Source: Octopus vulgaris (lineage: Eukaryota). From it: DNA of 64,000 bases. The position numbers and the translations under genes were made by a program. The notes under the pieces were generated by a model. That model saw nothing but the letters and a program-made list of their open reading frames with translations, was not told where the DNA came from and did not search any database. This document shows, one piece after another, positions 1 to 14,770 of the stretch (positions within the stretch are counted from its first letter, which is position 1; each line of letters opens with the position of its first letter). Where the stretch lies: NCBI GenBank assembly GCA_951406725.2, contig OX597825.1, positions 1,798,001 through 1,862,000 of the forward strand, in the 5' to 3' direction.

Positions 1-163
1 TGTGTGTGCGTGTGTGTGCGTGTGTGTATATGTGTGTTAATTTATTAATGACCAGCTAACTGCTTAAACCCTTCCAATACTCTCAAAGCTACCTTTGATA
101 AAGTCACGTGGATTGAAACAGGTAGCTGGTCATTAAAAATACATATATTCATACACACTTGAA

Positions 164-225
<62 letters not shown>

Positions 226-392
226 GATATACATACATACATGTATACATAAATACATGTATGTGTGTATGCATATGTGTATTTATAGCGAGCTAATTGT
301 ATTAATCCTAATTGTAATTTACTCAACACAAGCTTTGAGTATAGGAAAGGTTTATACGCTTTTGCAGGTCATTAATACTACTACTACTACTG

Positions 393-503
<111 letters not shown>

Positions 504-751
504 TACATATATGAACTTCTTCAAGTGATGAACAATGTATTTTTTCGGTGTGTTTTGCTCATACGAATGAGTCAAAACATGTATGTATGTATGTATGTAT
601 GTATGTCTGACTGTCTGTCAGTATGTATATATGTACATATGTATATATCTGCATATGTGCATACATATACAACTATAAATATATAAATAGATAATTATTT
701 GTATACACATACACCCACATATGCGAGTTGGTTTTCATTTTTATTGATATA

Positions 752-786
<35 letters not shown>

Positions 787-999
787 ATGTATCTATGTAT
801 GCATCTATATGTCGCTATATTTATGCATATGCACACACACACATACACACACACGCACATACACACACACACATCTAAGCACATATTTAGTTAGTTTCTA
901 GGGATATTAAGATATTTCTGGTTTCCGCAGAAACATAAAAAGAACTCGAAGCTATTAGATGTGGGAGTAATTTCTTTCTTTCCATCTTTCTCTCCTTCC

Positions 1000-1046
<47 letters not shown>

Positions 1047-1098
1047 CTCCCGTTTCTTTGAGTCCATTTTTAATATCTGTTTGCCTGTTTCTTTTCAG

Positions 1099-1281
1099 AA
1101 GAGGAATCAATACTCTTCCCCAGTGAAGCAAACTCTACTCTACAAGGAAGTGATCAAGTTCGGTGAAGAAGTACCCGATAGCGAAGGAGAGCGGAGCGCA
1201 GTTGATGGATGCTGAAAGAATAAAGGGTAGAAAGAGGAAGAGGAAGACGAGCAGGTGAAGGAAAGAACATCACTAGGAAAG
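1099..1281 (+). other. Candidate exon (possibly terminal coding: KRNQYSSPVKQTLLYKEVIKFGEEVPDSEGERSAVDGC*)
   Basis: Polypyrimidine acceptor TTTGCCTGTTTCTTTTCAG ends at 1098. The body is purine-rich and non-repetitive, with a donor-like AAG|GTGAGA at 1281/1282. All three frames contain a stop and no protein family was recognised. Confidence 0.25.
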
Positions 1282-1932
1282 GTGAGAAATGTTCCATATT
1301 TTTTAGGTTATCTTTTCTTTATGTTATGTTGCTATTGAAGAATCGATGTTACCAATAAAGGGAGAGGATGAGCGTAGTTCCCACCTGGTGGGTTTACCGT
1401 ACAAGCAGGAATGAAGATTCATTGTTTCCTATTGACAATACACGAACGAAGATTCAGGAATCTCCAAAAATTACTGACGTTTACGACGAAGCAGTCGTAA
1501 ATTCTCATTCTTTATGGTTTATCTCTGCTGCTCTCCCCTTCCTCACCCCTTTCCCTCTCTTTCCACTTGTCCTTCCCTTTCTCTGTATATTTACGTGCGT
1601 ATGCGAGCTTTTGCATACAACATATACGCATATACATACACACGTAAAACCCTTACACTCGCACACATATATCTATACACAAATACATGCCTACACACAC
1701 ACACAGGCATACACACACACAGGCATACACACATATATGCATGTCATGAAACGAACAATGCATGAAAGGGAATTAAAATCAGGAAAGATGCAAATACGCG
1801 AGCCACATGGCTAATCAACCAATGAGCCATTGCGAATATTCGTTCCTAAAACAGAAGGTATGTACGTATGTACGTATGAATCTATGTATGTGCGTATGTA
1901 TGTATGCATATGTATGCATGTATATATGTATG

Positions 1933-1983
<51 letters not shown>

Positions 1984-2457
1984 ATGTGGATGTATATATA
2001 CATGTATGTATGAATCCGTGTATGTATGAATCTATGTATGTGTGTATATACATATACACAAGTATACACACATACACATACAGACACGCACACGCCCACT
2101 CGCATAGCCACCACACACGCACACGGTACCTTTACATTTGCACAGAGCAGATCTAATCCAACGATTGACGATTTAAAGCTCTCCTGTTAGTTTGATTGAT
2201 ATTATTTTGCGAAAAGTTTAAATTGATAATTTTGCAGATTGGAAGCTAAAATATTTTAACTGATAAGCTTCTTTTCTTCCCTTTTCTTTTCTTCTTAACA
2301 ATTTAGGCTAAAAGAAAACTACTTCAATGTTATAATTAAAATTTTCGCTTTTTTAAAAAACTTTTCAAAAGTAATAAGTTAAGAGGTTTAATTTAAAAAG
2401 AGAAAATGCTGATGTTCAAATAAGCACCACTATATTATATATTTACTTTGCTTTCCC

Positions 2458-2500
<43 letters not shown>

Positions 2501-2514
2501 CATTATTATTATCA

Positions 2515-2820
2515 AAGGTGAACTGGCAGAATCGTCAGCATGCTGAGCGAAATGCTAAGCAGTATTTCGCCCGTCGCTAGGTTCTGAGTTCAAATTCCGC
2601 CTAGGTTGATGTTGCCTTTCATCCTTTCGGGGTTGATAAATTAAGTACCAGTCAAGTACTGGGGTCGATGTGATCGATTTACTCCCTCCCCACAAATTTC
2701 AGGCCTTGTGCCTATAATAGCAAGGATTATTTCTGTTATCACTTACGCATTGGAGTCAATATAATCGACTTCCCCAAAATTTGAGGCCTTGTGCTTCCAA
2801 GTAGAAAGGATAGGATTATT
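2515..2820 (+). mobile_element. tRNA-derived SINE family A, full length, plus duplicated tail
   Basis: Head CTGGCAGAATCGTCAGC, B-box GAGTTCAAATTCC, central GCCTTTCATCCTTTCGGGGTTGATAAATTAAGTACCAG. The tail ...AGGCCTTGTGC...AGGATTATT occurs twice. The same sequence recurs at 29016, 40683, 45265, 56382, 61245 and 62420. Confidence 0.9.
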
Positions 2821-4535
2821 ATCAATATTATTAATACTATCATCATCATCATCATCTTCGTCATCATCATCATCATCATCATCTTCGTCATCGTTGTTGT
2901 GACCATCATGAACATTAATATTATTATTCTTTCTTATCTAAGGCGTTAGCATTTCCTATATTGTTTTCGTCAATATGCTATCAATGCTGAAATATGTGTA
3001 GCAAATCTTTACAGTTTAATATTTTACAAGACAGATGGAGAGTGAAAGAGAGGAAGTGGGGGAGGGAATGATGGCAAAAAAAAAATCGAAATGTCATATA
3101 GTTATGTTTTATCATCGTATACTTCGTGCCAAGTCAGCAATATAACGTTGATAAGCGTTGATATAAATATGCCCATTAACCGGTTTTCTTAATAAACACG
3201 AATCTAGAAAACGATTCATTTTTAGTTGTTACGTTTTACAAGAAAATGAAAAGCTAAAAGATAACACACACATGCTTCTACGCATACACACAGAGTCCCA
3301 TGTATATATATAATGGTACCTTATTTCTGCTTCAACATACTTATGTAGCATGTGTTTAAGTGTGTAGGTGTGTGTTTACATACACATAAACGCATGTGTG
3401 CGTGCGTGTGAGTATTAATGTATAAATGTATCTATAGAAGATGGAAGATATATTTATGACGACCTGTAACTGATTGCAGTCATTCGATTAGGATTGGTAG
3501 TCGTGGTGATGGAAGCAAGACTAGCGAAGAATTCCAGTGATACGGAGAACGACGATAACTTGTAGAACTCTGGCTACATTATTAAAAAAGAAAAGGCAAT
3601 AATGTTATTGCTATTTCTACAGGAGCATTAGTGATTAATGGGAAACGCTGGGCGTGTGGCGATGGGGGATCGCAGCAAATTTCCTAATTATCATCTCTCC
3701 AAACTACATATTTTTTAAACCAAAGAACGTAACACAGAGCGTCGCCTAGAGTAATCGTGATTTTCTCAGTATGGTTACTTAACAGAATTACGTCTCGCAA
3801 GGTGTAAAATCAATAATTCCGAAATGGCATAAGATTTCCTTCAGAAATTTACTTAATTAATCTGCAATACACGCGTAAGTATCAACTATTAAAAATAATA
3901 AAGAAATAGCTATGTTGGGTTGTCTACAAAATTAAATGGTGGTCGGTGTTAAAAAAAATAAAAGCCAAAAAATTTCGTGCGAAATTCTCATTCCACAAAT
4001 TAAATAATAAAATGAATAAAATATAGGAAGTTGTAAAGACGACGTGACATCGAGGAGACCAGTTCATCGTCTGAGAAGTATCCGCCTGGCGAATAACAAC
4101 TGGTTGCTCTTGCTGTGGTTTAGTAAGGTGTTATGATTTAGACAGATGTCGCTGCTACACTTAATAGGTCAATCAATACTGTAGAAAGCTCACAGGATAG
4201 GAAGGGTGCATGCGTGGACATGTAGTCATTACAGGTAGAAAATGTGTTCCTCGGCCATGTGGTCCCAGTTTCGATACTAAAGTGTGTGACACCGTGGATA
4301 ATTGCTTTCTATAACAGATGATTTTATATAAATGACAACCGATAGATTTGATGCATGGCATCGAATTGAAGGAAGCCCTGGCAAGTCATTAGAAGCGAAT
4401 TTGATGAAAAAAGAATAGTAATACAATAACCACCATGGACAACTTACTCTACTCGTGTGATTAAAAGATACATAACATTGGAGTAGTAAGGGGCAAAATG
4501 ACGGTTTCGAAGTAAAGCAGTAAAGCTGCCTGACG

Positions 4536-4825
4536 TTCTTTTTCTTATCGAGTCCAGCGACATTTGAGCATATTTGTTCTGTATCTTCGTTGTACGGTGC
4601 AAGGTCAACAGAAGTTCAGCAAAAGCAATTCAACAGATGTTCCATAGTTTCTGGCTGTGTGCCACAGTCACACACAGTGTTGTTGAAGCAGCTGTTTCTT
4701 TGTTCGGTGTCACCTTGACTTTGCCAACTCCATTTCTTAGTAAACTAAGGCATTTCCATTTCGCCTACCTCGCATCCGCCCCAGGCGGTAACTGTTTACT
4801 TTCCCCCATTTCCATGCCTGTTGAG
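4536..4825 (-). mobile_element. Degenerate 3' end of a non-LTR retrotransposon, Vingi/Ingi-like
   Basis: Minus-strand translation KQLPPGADAR*AKWKCLSLLRNGVGKVK, frameshift, then TVCDCGTQPETMEHLLNC (CxCx8Hx3C knuckle). It ends in GGACTCGATAAGAAAAAGAA. This matches the PPG...W..LNRLRTG.GR...CDCG..QT..H...C pattern I recall for Vingi C-termini. Confidence 0.7.
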
Positions 4826-5958
4826 AGTGGTAGGCTTTCTTTCTACTTCCGTCAAAGTTGTTCTCACATATTGAAAAATATTAGAAAACATTATAAACTT
4901 TTCCAATAAGGAATAAATCATATTCTCGTGTGGAAAATTTCGACGACAGCATATGCATCTCCCTGTAAGTACCCTTCTGAACGGAGACATCCCGGAATAT
5001 ATCAGCATTGTTTGTGCGTATTAAAAAGAAGCGTGTTTCGAATCTTGATAACAAACCTTGTAAATAACCTTGTAAATATTTGGGAATACGACGTGTTATA
5101 ATCAAGTATTCTACTGACAGGCATATATGATCTCGTGCGACAATATCGATTTACATTTCCCATTTCATAAGTAGATACTAACGAGGAAGTACAACCATAA
5201 CACGATACAGTCAAGAAACTGGATGCTTCATGTCACATTTGAAAAGTTCAGACTTCGGATGATAACAAAACTTCAAAGCTTGATTCCGAATCTTTATATT
5301 TACCAAGAATTATTTACTGCTATCCAAACCCATCATCCTTTAATTTCTCTTTTGGATGCATTAAATACATATATATATTGTCATTTTTCGACAAATCGAA
5401 TAAGTGGAGTCAATGTGCCGAGACATCTTGCCAAATGTTAGACAAATCTATTGTTGTTTACTAAATTTTGTATGATTTATTCAAAACGAACAGCGAGTGC
5501 TCACGACTTTTCTAGCGTCCTGCCGAAGGAGCCTGTACGTTGTCGCTCGACATGATGCAAACATCAGCCAGATCTTTAATAGATAATATTCTGTCGACTT
5601 CAGGAAAGAAGTACATATTCGATAATGTCGCTTTAATTATACTATGTCTGAAGCGTCTTTTGATCATAAGTTTGTTCGATCAGATACGATCTACAAGTGA
5701 ACAATAACAAAAATACATCGAGCGCTTTCGTACTGATTCTGAATTCGACTTTGCACGTAGCGCCTGCTCGATTTTTTCCTTTTCTATTATTCTTTTGTTG
5801 TTCATCATTATATCCTATTTGTCTACGTACCGTATAAACTTCTCATTAACAAAAATAAAAGTGAAAATACTTGGCTCATGATACTGATGTATGTGTAAGT
5901 ATATATACAATGAATATGTGTGTGTGCATTTGTATGTATATAATACATACATACATAT

Positions 5959-6030
<72 letters not shown>

Positions 6031-6044
6031 GTGATGTGTGTGTA

Positions 6045-6106
<62 letters not shown>

Positions 6107-7319
6107 TACACACACATCACATGTTATGCAAAAATGGCACTGTGATTATACAGGAAACTAAAAAACAGCAGAGAGTCAACTGAAAAAATAGACTGAAATA
6201 TTACCGGAAAGGAAAAATAAGAAAATCGGGCAGGAAACTAAACAGAACACACCACGCGCACAGATCGAAAAGAAGAAAAGGCCTTATTGGAAACGGAAAA
6301 ACATTCAAACCTGCAAATGTGTTCCCGAATATCAGTAACGAACACACAAACAAACAAGCAAATAAATAAATAAATAAATAAATGAATATAGATTTATATG
6401 AAAAAAAAAATCAAGGTTTCTGGTCTAAGGCAAAAACAAATCTAAATAATATTTAATTCGAGACAGATCTGTATACGCTAACATGAAATAAATGAAGCGT
6501 AGGTCATAATAGGTTGTAAATATCATGCCGAGGTACATGTATTTTGTCAAGATGCCCAGAATGTGTTGCATGGATAAAACGGAGAGACTGCAAAATCTAC
6601 ACTGTACAACTCCAAGATCAATAATGAAAATTTTTGAACCAATGAAGGAAGATACATGCTGATATTCACACACACATACACACACACAAGCACACACGCA
6701 CACACACACACACTCTCTCTCTTTTATATGTTCCCTCCCAATATATGTGCACTGTTAAATCTACAGAAAACAGACATACTTACACATATAGAGTGACAAA
6801 CACAAATACAGGCACACTTTAGATACACATATTCACGCACACACATATGCTCACACGCCCACCACATATGAATGATTTTACAGGCACGGACACACAAGAG
6901 ACACATCCACACACAGCATCACATATAAATCCTCTTACACGCAAGCAAGTACTCACATACATTCGCATATAAAACACATTTAATAACAGATTAACCAAAT
7001 ATTAGTGACAGAACTAAAACATAAAGACAGATTAAAAAATAATAATGACTAAAAATAAAAAAAACAAAAAAAGAGACAACGGAAGAGCATCTGCGTGTGT
7101 TTGTATTTGCATAAGGATATATGCATATGAGTATGTGTATATACACGTATGTTTACATTCATAAATACATACATACATGTATACATGGATACATACACGA
7201 AATAAATATCGTATGCATGTTTGTGTGTATGTATGAGAAAATGAATTCATTTATCAAGTAATGGAACGAAACACACCGAATGTGTATTAACATGTATTTT
7301 TCTATGTATGCGTGTATGC

Positions 7320-7360
<41 letters not shown>

Positions 7361-8309
7361 TAAATAAATCTATATATATACATATGTATATATATTTGTG
7401 TACATAGATAGGTGTATATGTGCATATATATATATTCATATATATATGAATATATTTATATATATATATGTATGTATGTATATATACATATGTATATATG
7501 TATGTATGTATACACATATACACATACATATATACGTATACATATACGTGTATGTTTACACAAATATGTGTATGCATACAATTATATATATGTGTGTATA
7601 TATACTGTGAGAAAGAGATGGAAAGACAAATTTAGAGAGAGAAAGTGAGGAGATGGTGTAAGATTCATAAAAACAGAAACAAATGAATTTGCTCCAGGCA
7701 GGCAACATACGCACATCTGTAGAGGCGAAATGGTAATCGAATTTAATGCATTGCTTTTCAAGTCTGAGGAGAAGAAAGAAACCCATTATGCAGAATTGAA
7801 GAAAACAGTTCTTTAAGTTGTACACATAACGTAAGCGCAAGAAGAGTGCAGCAGCTTAAGAGAAACGATAAAGCGCCGGATCAAATGTTTTAGAGCATTC
7901 ATTTACGGCCCTTCGTTATATTCTGACGTAACGCTAGGGTGCAAGTATTGCAGTGCGGTTATGAAATTTGCGCTACGATCTCGTGAATCTAAGTTCGATT
8001 TGATCCTGCAATTTGGTAGTTTGGACAACTGTTTTCTGGTATAGCGTAAGATCGAGTCAAGTCTTTTGGTTGAAATTTGTGAGAAACTTTTCTATGGAAT
8101 TCGTCTAATTCCATCTGTCTTTGGGAGGTGATTTAAAATGTCGCTCAGGTAAACATAAGCATCTGGCACTTGCGTGAATTTAACGAATCCATTCTGTTGT
8201 AAGTATTCAGACAAGGTTTTCGGTTTAACAGTAACTCTTCCTGTTTCTTACCACCAGTTTCAAAGATCCCGCAAAATATCGTAAGCGCTGCCATATTCTT
8301 CTAACTAAC

Positions 8310-8432
<123 letters not shown>

Positions 8433-10522
8433 ATAAATAAATAACTACCTCGTCGCTAATTACCTCACTAACACTTGGAAACAATAAACAAAATTGCCGG
8501 TCACACACTGATCCATTATCTAAATAAATCAATCGGGATGACTGTCGTTGATCGATTACTCTGATCACTGAAATGTGAAACAATTCAGCTCAATTTCTCC
8601 CACATTGGTACTTTAACAAGTATTATTAAACTTGAGAAATAATCATATTTCGAACAGGTTTAATGCAACATCACTCAAAACCAATTACAATTCATACGTT
8701 CAGATGCTCTCAAAACCGAGACCAATCTACTTGATATAAATTTAATATAAATGTTTCTCTGTCCGTTACGTTTTTATGTTAGTTAACTCCTCCTAGACCG
8801 TTGGTTGAAGGGCGACGAAACTTAAACCAGCAACTCGTCTAATCCCAGGGAATGTCATAAGGGGATCTATTTTTTAAAGGGCCGCCTAATTGGGGGCCCA
8901 CTGATCTCCTCTATTTTTACTGCATTTTAATCTAAATACATGGCACTGGCGATCAAATCGGAGCAATGACAATGAATTTCATACTATGAACTCCCAGGGA
9001 GTATCGTAAGGAGGTTCGATTTCTGAAGGACCGCTAAATGGAGCCCCACTGACCCCACCTATTTTTACTGTGTTTACCTCGCTCCTACGCTTGTTGAATA
9101 AACTATGATCAGCATCAGTGCTTAGCACATTTGCAGAAATAAGTTAAAATACACGATGGTAAAGGGCCACGAAGCGGCCCGATAGTGGGACTGAAGGCCT
9201 CAAAGGTGCCCTGCGCAGGAGCTAGCCTGAATGCCGCCCCAAAAGCGGCTTCAAGGCTGGTAACATATAACTACCAACATCTTTGTTTGGTAGTGATAGC
9301 AGAGAATATATATATATATATATATATATGCAAGTATGTATGTATGTATGTATGTATGTATGCATATATATTGGTATGTACACTGTGTGAAAGAGAAAGA
9401 CAGAAAGCGAGAGAGAGAAAGAAAGGGGGGGGGATCTCTCTCTCTCTCTCTGTTTGACTTAAGATACATAAAACGCATGCAAATAGATTTGCTTCAGGTT
9501 GGCAACATACACTGAAGAGATCTAATGACGCCGAAACATTAATCATGTCACGCTTCCACTGACATCACAGCCACTCACTCGCTCCATTTCGAAAATAGTT
9601 TCAATGAATTAATATTTTATGGTTACCTTCCTTCTTCTTTCTTTTTTTTTTTTTTTTTGAAATTAGAATCCATAATTAAGATGATGATTAGTGTTATCCT
9701 CACCACGGAAGCAGTTTTAATAGCTTACAATTTCTGCATTAAATGTGTTAACACCTGGCTTTGATATCTCCTCAAATGCCTATTGTGATAGATCGGCGAA
9801 ACAGCAAACATACACGAAACCAATAACAGTGGAGGTTTCGTGTAACAACATTTCAAGTGAAATTCGGTAATAGATAATATTTGCCAATGAAAAAGTAATG
9901 AAATTTATAAACGCGACAGAGAAAAATGTTCAATTTATATTTTAGCAATATAATTCCTCAAATCGTGCGCTAGCGTTCACTATCGTTTATTAAATACCGT
10001 ATATATATCATAGAAAAACGCGCGCGTGCATACGCACACATCGATAAGCCTATGTGTAAGCATGCGTGTGTGTATGTATGTATAATGTGAGTTTAGAGGG
10101 ATATTACGGCTAACTGCATCGATAAGTATTTAACGTCTATGACCATCAGGTGTTGTCACTCATAAAAATATGCTCTATGACCCACTGCAAAATATAAGAA
10201 AATAAATTTTGTGGATGTACCAGTCTCCATATACTTTATCATTAAAATTATTGCATGGTCGCAGCTCTGAGCTGAAACTACAGAAGAAAAATATATATAT
10301 ATAAACACACGCACATAGGCACACACACACTGTGGACACATATTTTTTCTTCAGGTGTTATATTTGGTTGGCCCATCCTTCTCATTTGATTCATTCACAA
10401 AGTCAGAGCACCGACTACCTTGTGGTTCATTGTGCATTCTGTGTAATTGACTACTTTACTTAGATTAACTGAAGCTCTAATGCTTAGATTGATGTGCACC
10501 TACACACATGTACATAAATGTC

Positions 10523-10618
<96 letters not shown>

Positions 10619-10675
10619 CGTGTTGTGTGTGCGTATATATATATATCTATCTATATATGTATATATATATCTATA

Positions 10676-10734
<59 letters not shown>

Positions 10735-10809
10735 GTATATATATATGTATATATATGTATATATATATATATGTATATATATATGTATATATATATGTAT
10801 ATATATATG

Positions 10810-10886
<77 letters not shown>

Positions 10887-11394
10887 CACATATGCATAGC
10901 ACCAGATGGATGGCTAAGGGAATCAATAAAATCAGAAGGAAAGTAGAAAAACGCCCACTGAGATGGAGCGTTATTGAATAAACAATACAATTTATTTTAA
11001 TAGCATTCATCTCTTCCACTTTATTTCCATCGCTAGGAATTCTATCCCCAGATGAAATACTTAAAAAACATTCTACTGAATCAAGGTCGATCTTTTAAAG
11101 ATTCTACTTTCTGATGTCGACCTTCCATTAATATCCTTTATATTTTCCAAGGTAACGCCGATATAAAAAGATCAAAGGCTAATCAATTGAAATATAGTTT
11201 ATATTATTTCGTGTCTATATTAAATCTTGATTTCTCCCCACTGCAAGTTTGCGCCTTCTTTGGGTTTTCTTTCTATGATAATGGTCCAAGATGGTTAGAA
11301 ATTATTGAAATCGATGCCATTTTTTTCTACCCTCAAATTCGTGAAACCGATGGCGGAATCACTTGGCGTACTTTCCAGTTTTCGGTTGCTTTCC

Positions 11395-11555
11395 TTCACC
11401 ATCGTTCTGCGGCTTTGAAGGGAACCCACCGTCAGGGATTTGGTCAATTATATCGACTATGTCTTTCTTTTCAGACTGGTAAATATTCAATTGTATTCGT
11501 TTTGTGTACCGCTAAGTTACGGGAACGTAACAAACCAACACCGGTTGTCAAGCAA
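11395..11555 (-). mobile_element. SINE family B, 3' half
   Basis: CCGCTAAGTTACGGGAACGTAACAAACCAACACCGGTTGTCAAGC is the reverse complement of the 3' half of the copies at 50332 and 53404. Confidence 0.75.
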
Positions 11556-12431
11556 TGAGTGTAAAACATATAGACACGTATTCACATGAATATGCACACA
11601 CACACACAGATACACGCACAGACACACCCATACGCACGCACACACACACATACACACACACACAAAGCTGTAAATAATAGCATGTAAATAATGAGTTGAG
11701 AAACACTTTTGTACACACAGACACACACACACACACACAACCACGCGCGCGCGTGCACACACACACAGACATCATTATGTGAGACATTTCCCATTATCCA
11801 AAAGCCCTGTACAATGTATTGGGAATCAATATAAATGGACTATATTTGGCTGTATAACCAAATCCACCACCCGAGTAGTATGAATATTCGTTCTATTAAG
11901 ATTTGAAACACAGCTGCTGACAAAGATGTTTCAGAATATTGCTTCGCAGTCACGTGGTCCTCATGGTTTAGTCCCAGTGCAAGGCATCTAGGACATGTCT
12001 CTTCTGTTGTATACTCTGTGTGTATGTGTGTGTGTGTGTGTTTGTGTATGTGTTTGTGTGTGTGTGTGCGTGTATGCTCCCGTTAAGCAACGGTCCAGGT
12101 TGTTCTAAGAGCTTTCATTTAATCATGTATGGCGCACTGCTTTTCTCAACATAATGATCCGCCTCCCCACCCGCCGCCCGACACTACCTGTAGTTGCAGA
12201 GGGGTTATATCCCTCTGGCTATCGAGTCGGACGAATCCTCTCTACCGCTAAAAACTTTGCAGGTGTGAAACCAATGGTCACTCTCTGACCGTCCATAACC
12301 AACAGCCTTAAGTGTTATTACTCTAAAGTTTTAGAATATGCTTCTTTTCGGATTTATGAACTACTGACCGATACATGTGTGTATGTGTGTGTGTGAGTGT
12401 ATGTATGTGTGCGTGCGTGCGTGCGCCTTTA

Positions 12432-12663
12432 CAGTAATCCCTCGACTACCGCGGGTGTTACGTTCCAAAAACCCGCGCGATAGGTGAAAATCCACAAAGT
12501 ATAAACAGTACTGTATATTTTTTTCTGATATTTTTATAATTTGCATATATTTATTTTATTACAAATGCAAAACAACACCACGGAAGAATCGACGTAAGCT
12601 TAAATAATTAACCGTGATAAGTGAACTGCGATAGGTGAACCGCGATATGGCAAGGAATTATTG
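12432..12663. mobile_element. Tigger/pogo-type MITE (non-autonomous Tc1/mariner superfamily)
   Basis: TIRs CAGTAATCCCTCGACTACCGCGG and CCGCGATATGGCAAGGAATTATTG. TA flanks both ends (12430-31, 12664-65). Internal sub-terminal GCGATAGGTGAA repeats are present. Confidence 0.85.
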
Positions 12664-12671
12664 TATTTACT

Positions 12672-12820
12672 AGTGTCAACCGAATTCATTCACAAAGCAT
12701 TGGCTGACTCGGGGCTGTAGCAGAATGCATTTACCTAAGGTGCCGCCGCGTAGCGGGGCTAACCGGAAACCCACGTAGTTGCAAAGCTGGCTTCGTAACC
12801 TAAGGGCCATGCTTGCACCT
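12672..12820 (-). mobile_element. SINE family B, degenerate 5' half
   Basis: TTCACAAAGCATTGGCTGACTCGGGGCTGTAGCAGAA...CCTAAGGTGCC...GGCCATGCTTGCACC is the reverse complement of the family B head. Confidence 0.7.
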
Positions 12821-13381
12821 ATAAATGAAATAATAGTTTGGTAGAAAATATGGGATCGATCTTAAAAATTTGTGGTGAATTTAGACGTTCGACAAAAATT
12901 GAATAATCAAAGTAGGCGAAAGAAGCCATTTGAAGATCATAGGGTGAGATTTGAAGGTTATACAGTTGCTATTTCTAGCAACTTACCACTTGAACCATAT
13001 GCTGTCTAGAAAATGCTATTTAAAAATAGTAAGATATAGTGTATGTGGTATGTGTGCGTCCGGGAGTGTGTTCGGAAATTTGAAAGAATTTTCTGTTTTA
13101 AAATTTTATGATTTTATATTTATGTGAGAAAGTTTTCCTCATTTTAAAGATTAGTTATTATTTACGGTCGCCAAGCAACCAATAAAATGTTAGACTAACA
13201 TATCAATATATATTCAGTACACGCTGATATACCTCTGAATATGTAAACCTACGAAAGCAATATCGACATGACCGTAATTAAATTTACGCGCGCGTGCGTG
13301 TGCGTGCACATGTGTGCGTGTGTGAAGGAGAAACCGACACAGAGTGTATATACGTGTCTATGCGTATACTGGTGTATGTAA

Positions 13382-13425
<44 letters not shown>

Positions 13426-13687
13426 TTACATACACACACATAAGCATATATATATATATGTATATCTATGTATACATATATATATGTATGTATATATACA
13501 TGCACAAAGATATGTTTGTAAACATGTTCGTATACACACACACATATATACACGTATATATAATATATATACGTGTACACACATGTGTATACATATATAC
13601 ATATTTGTACGTATTAGCATAAATGTGTGTTTGAGTGTAAATATATTTTGTAAATATTTACATAAATCTATACACACATCACAAACT

Positions 13688-13730
<43 letters not shown>

Positions 13731-14170
13731 TCAAACACACACACACACACACACACATTTTCAAAAAAGGGCGAATTAACTCACAGATATATCTGCGTAT
13801 ACACATGCAATTACACAAACACGCCCATAGACACACAAACACCCATCAAACCCACATATATAAAACATTAAGCTGATGTGTAATTTTATGTATCTGTCTT
13901 ACAAAATCATGTTTGCTTATGTTCTTGAATTATGTACATATATTATGAATATTATGTATATCTTATTGATAAGATTACACATTCTGTAAAGATTTATAAC
14001 TCAATAAATGGCAGATACTGTTTAACTGCTTCTAACGTTATCGAACCAAACCTAGACTTAGTTATGAACGATAAATACTGAGCGGCGTGATTTGGATTCC
14101 GAATAACGAAGGAGCAAACCAGTGAAAATTAATCATTGTCTTTTACTGTTTAACTTACTGCACCGACCAT

Positions 14171-14321
<151 letters not shown>

Positions 14322-14324
14322 GTC

Positions 14325-14682
<358 letters not shown>

Positions 14683-14739
14683 GGCTGGCTGGCTACCTAT
14701 CTGTCTGTCTGTCTATCTATCTGACTGTCACTGTAAATA

Positions 14740-14770
<31 letters not shown>

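Noticed and set aside
7652-7816. 54-codon open frame DGVRFIKTETNEFAPG...
   Set aside because: No start codon or polypyrimidine acceptor, and no recognisable domain.
9505-9550. CTGAAGA-GATCTAATGACGCC-GAAAC motif
   Set aside because: Stem II and stem I pair poorly; compatible with chance or heavy decay.
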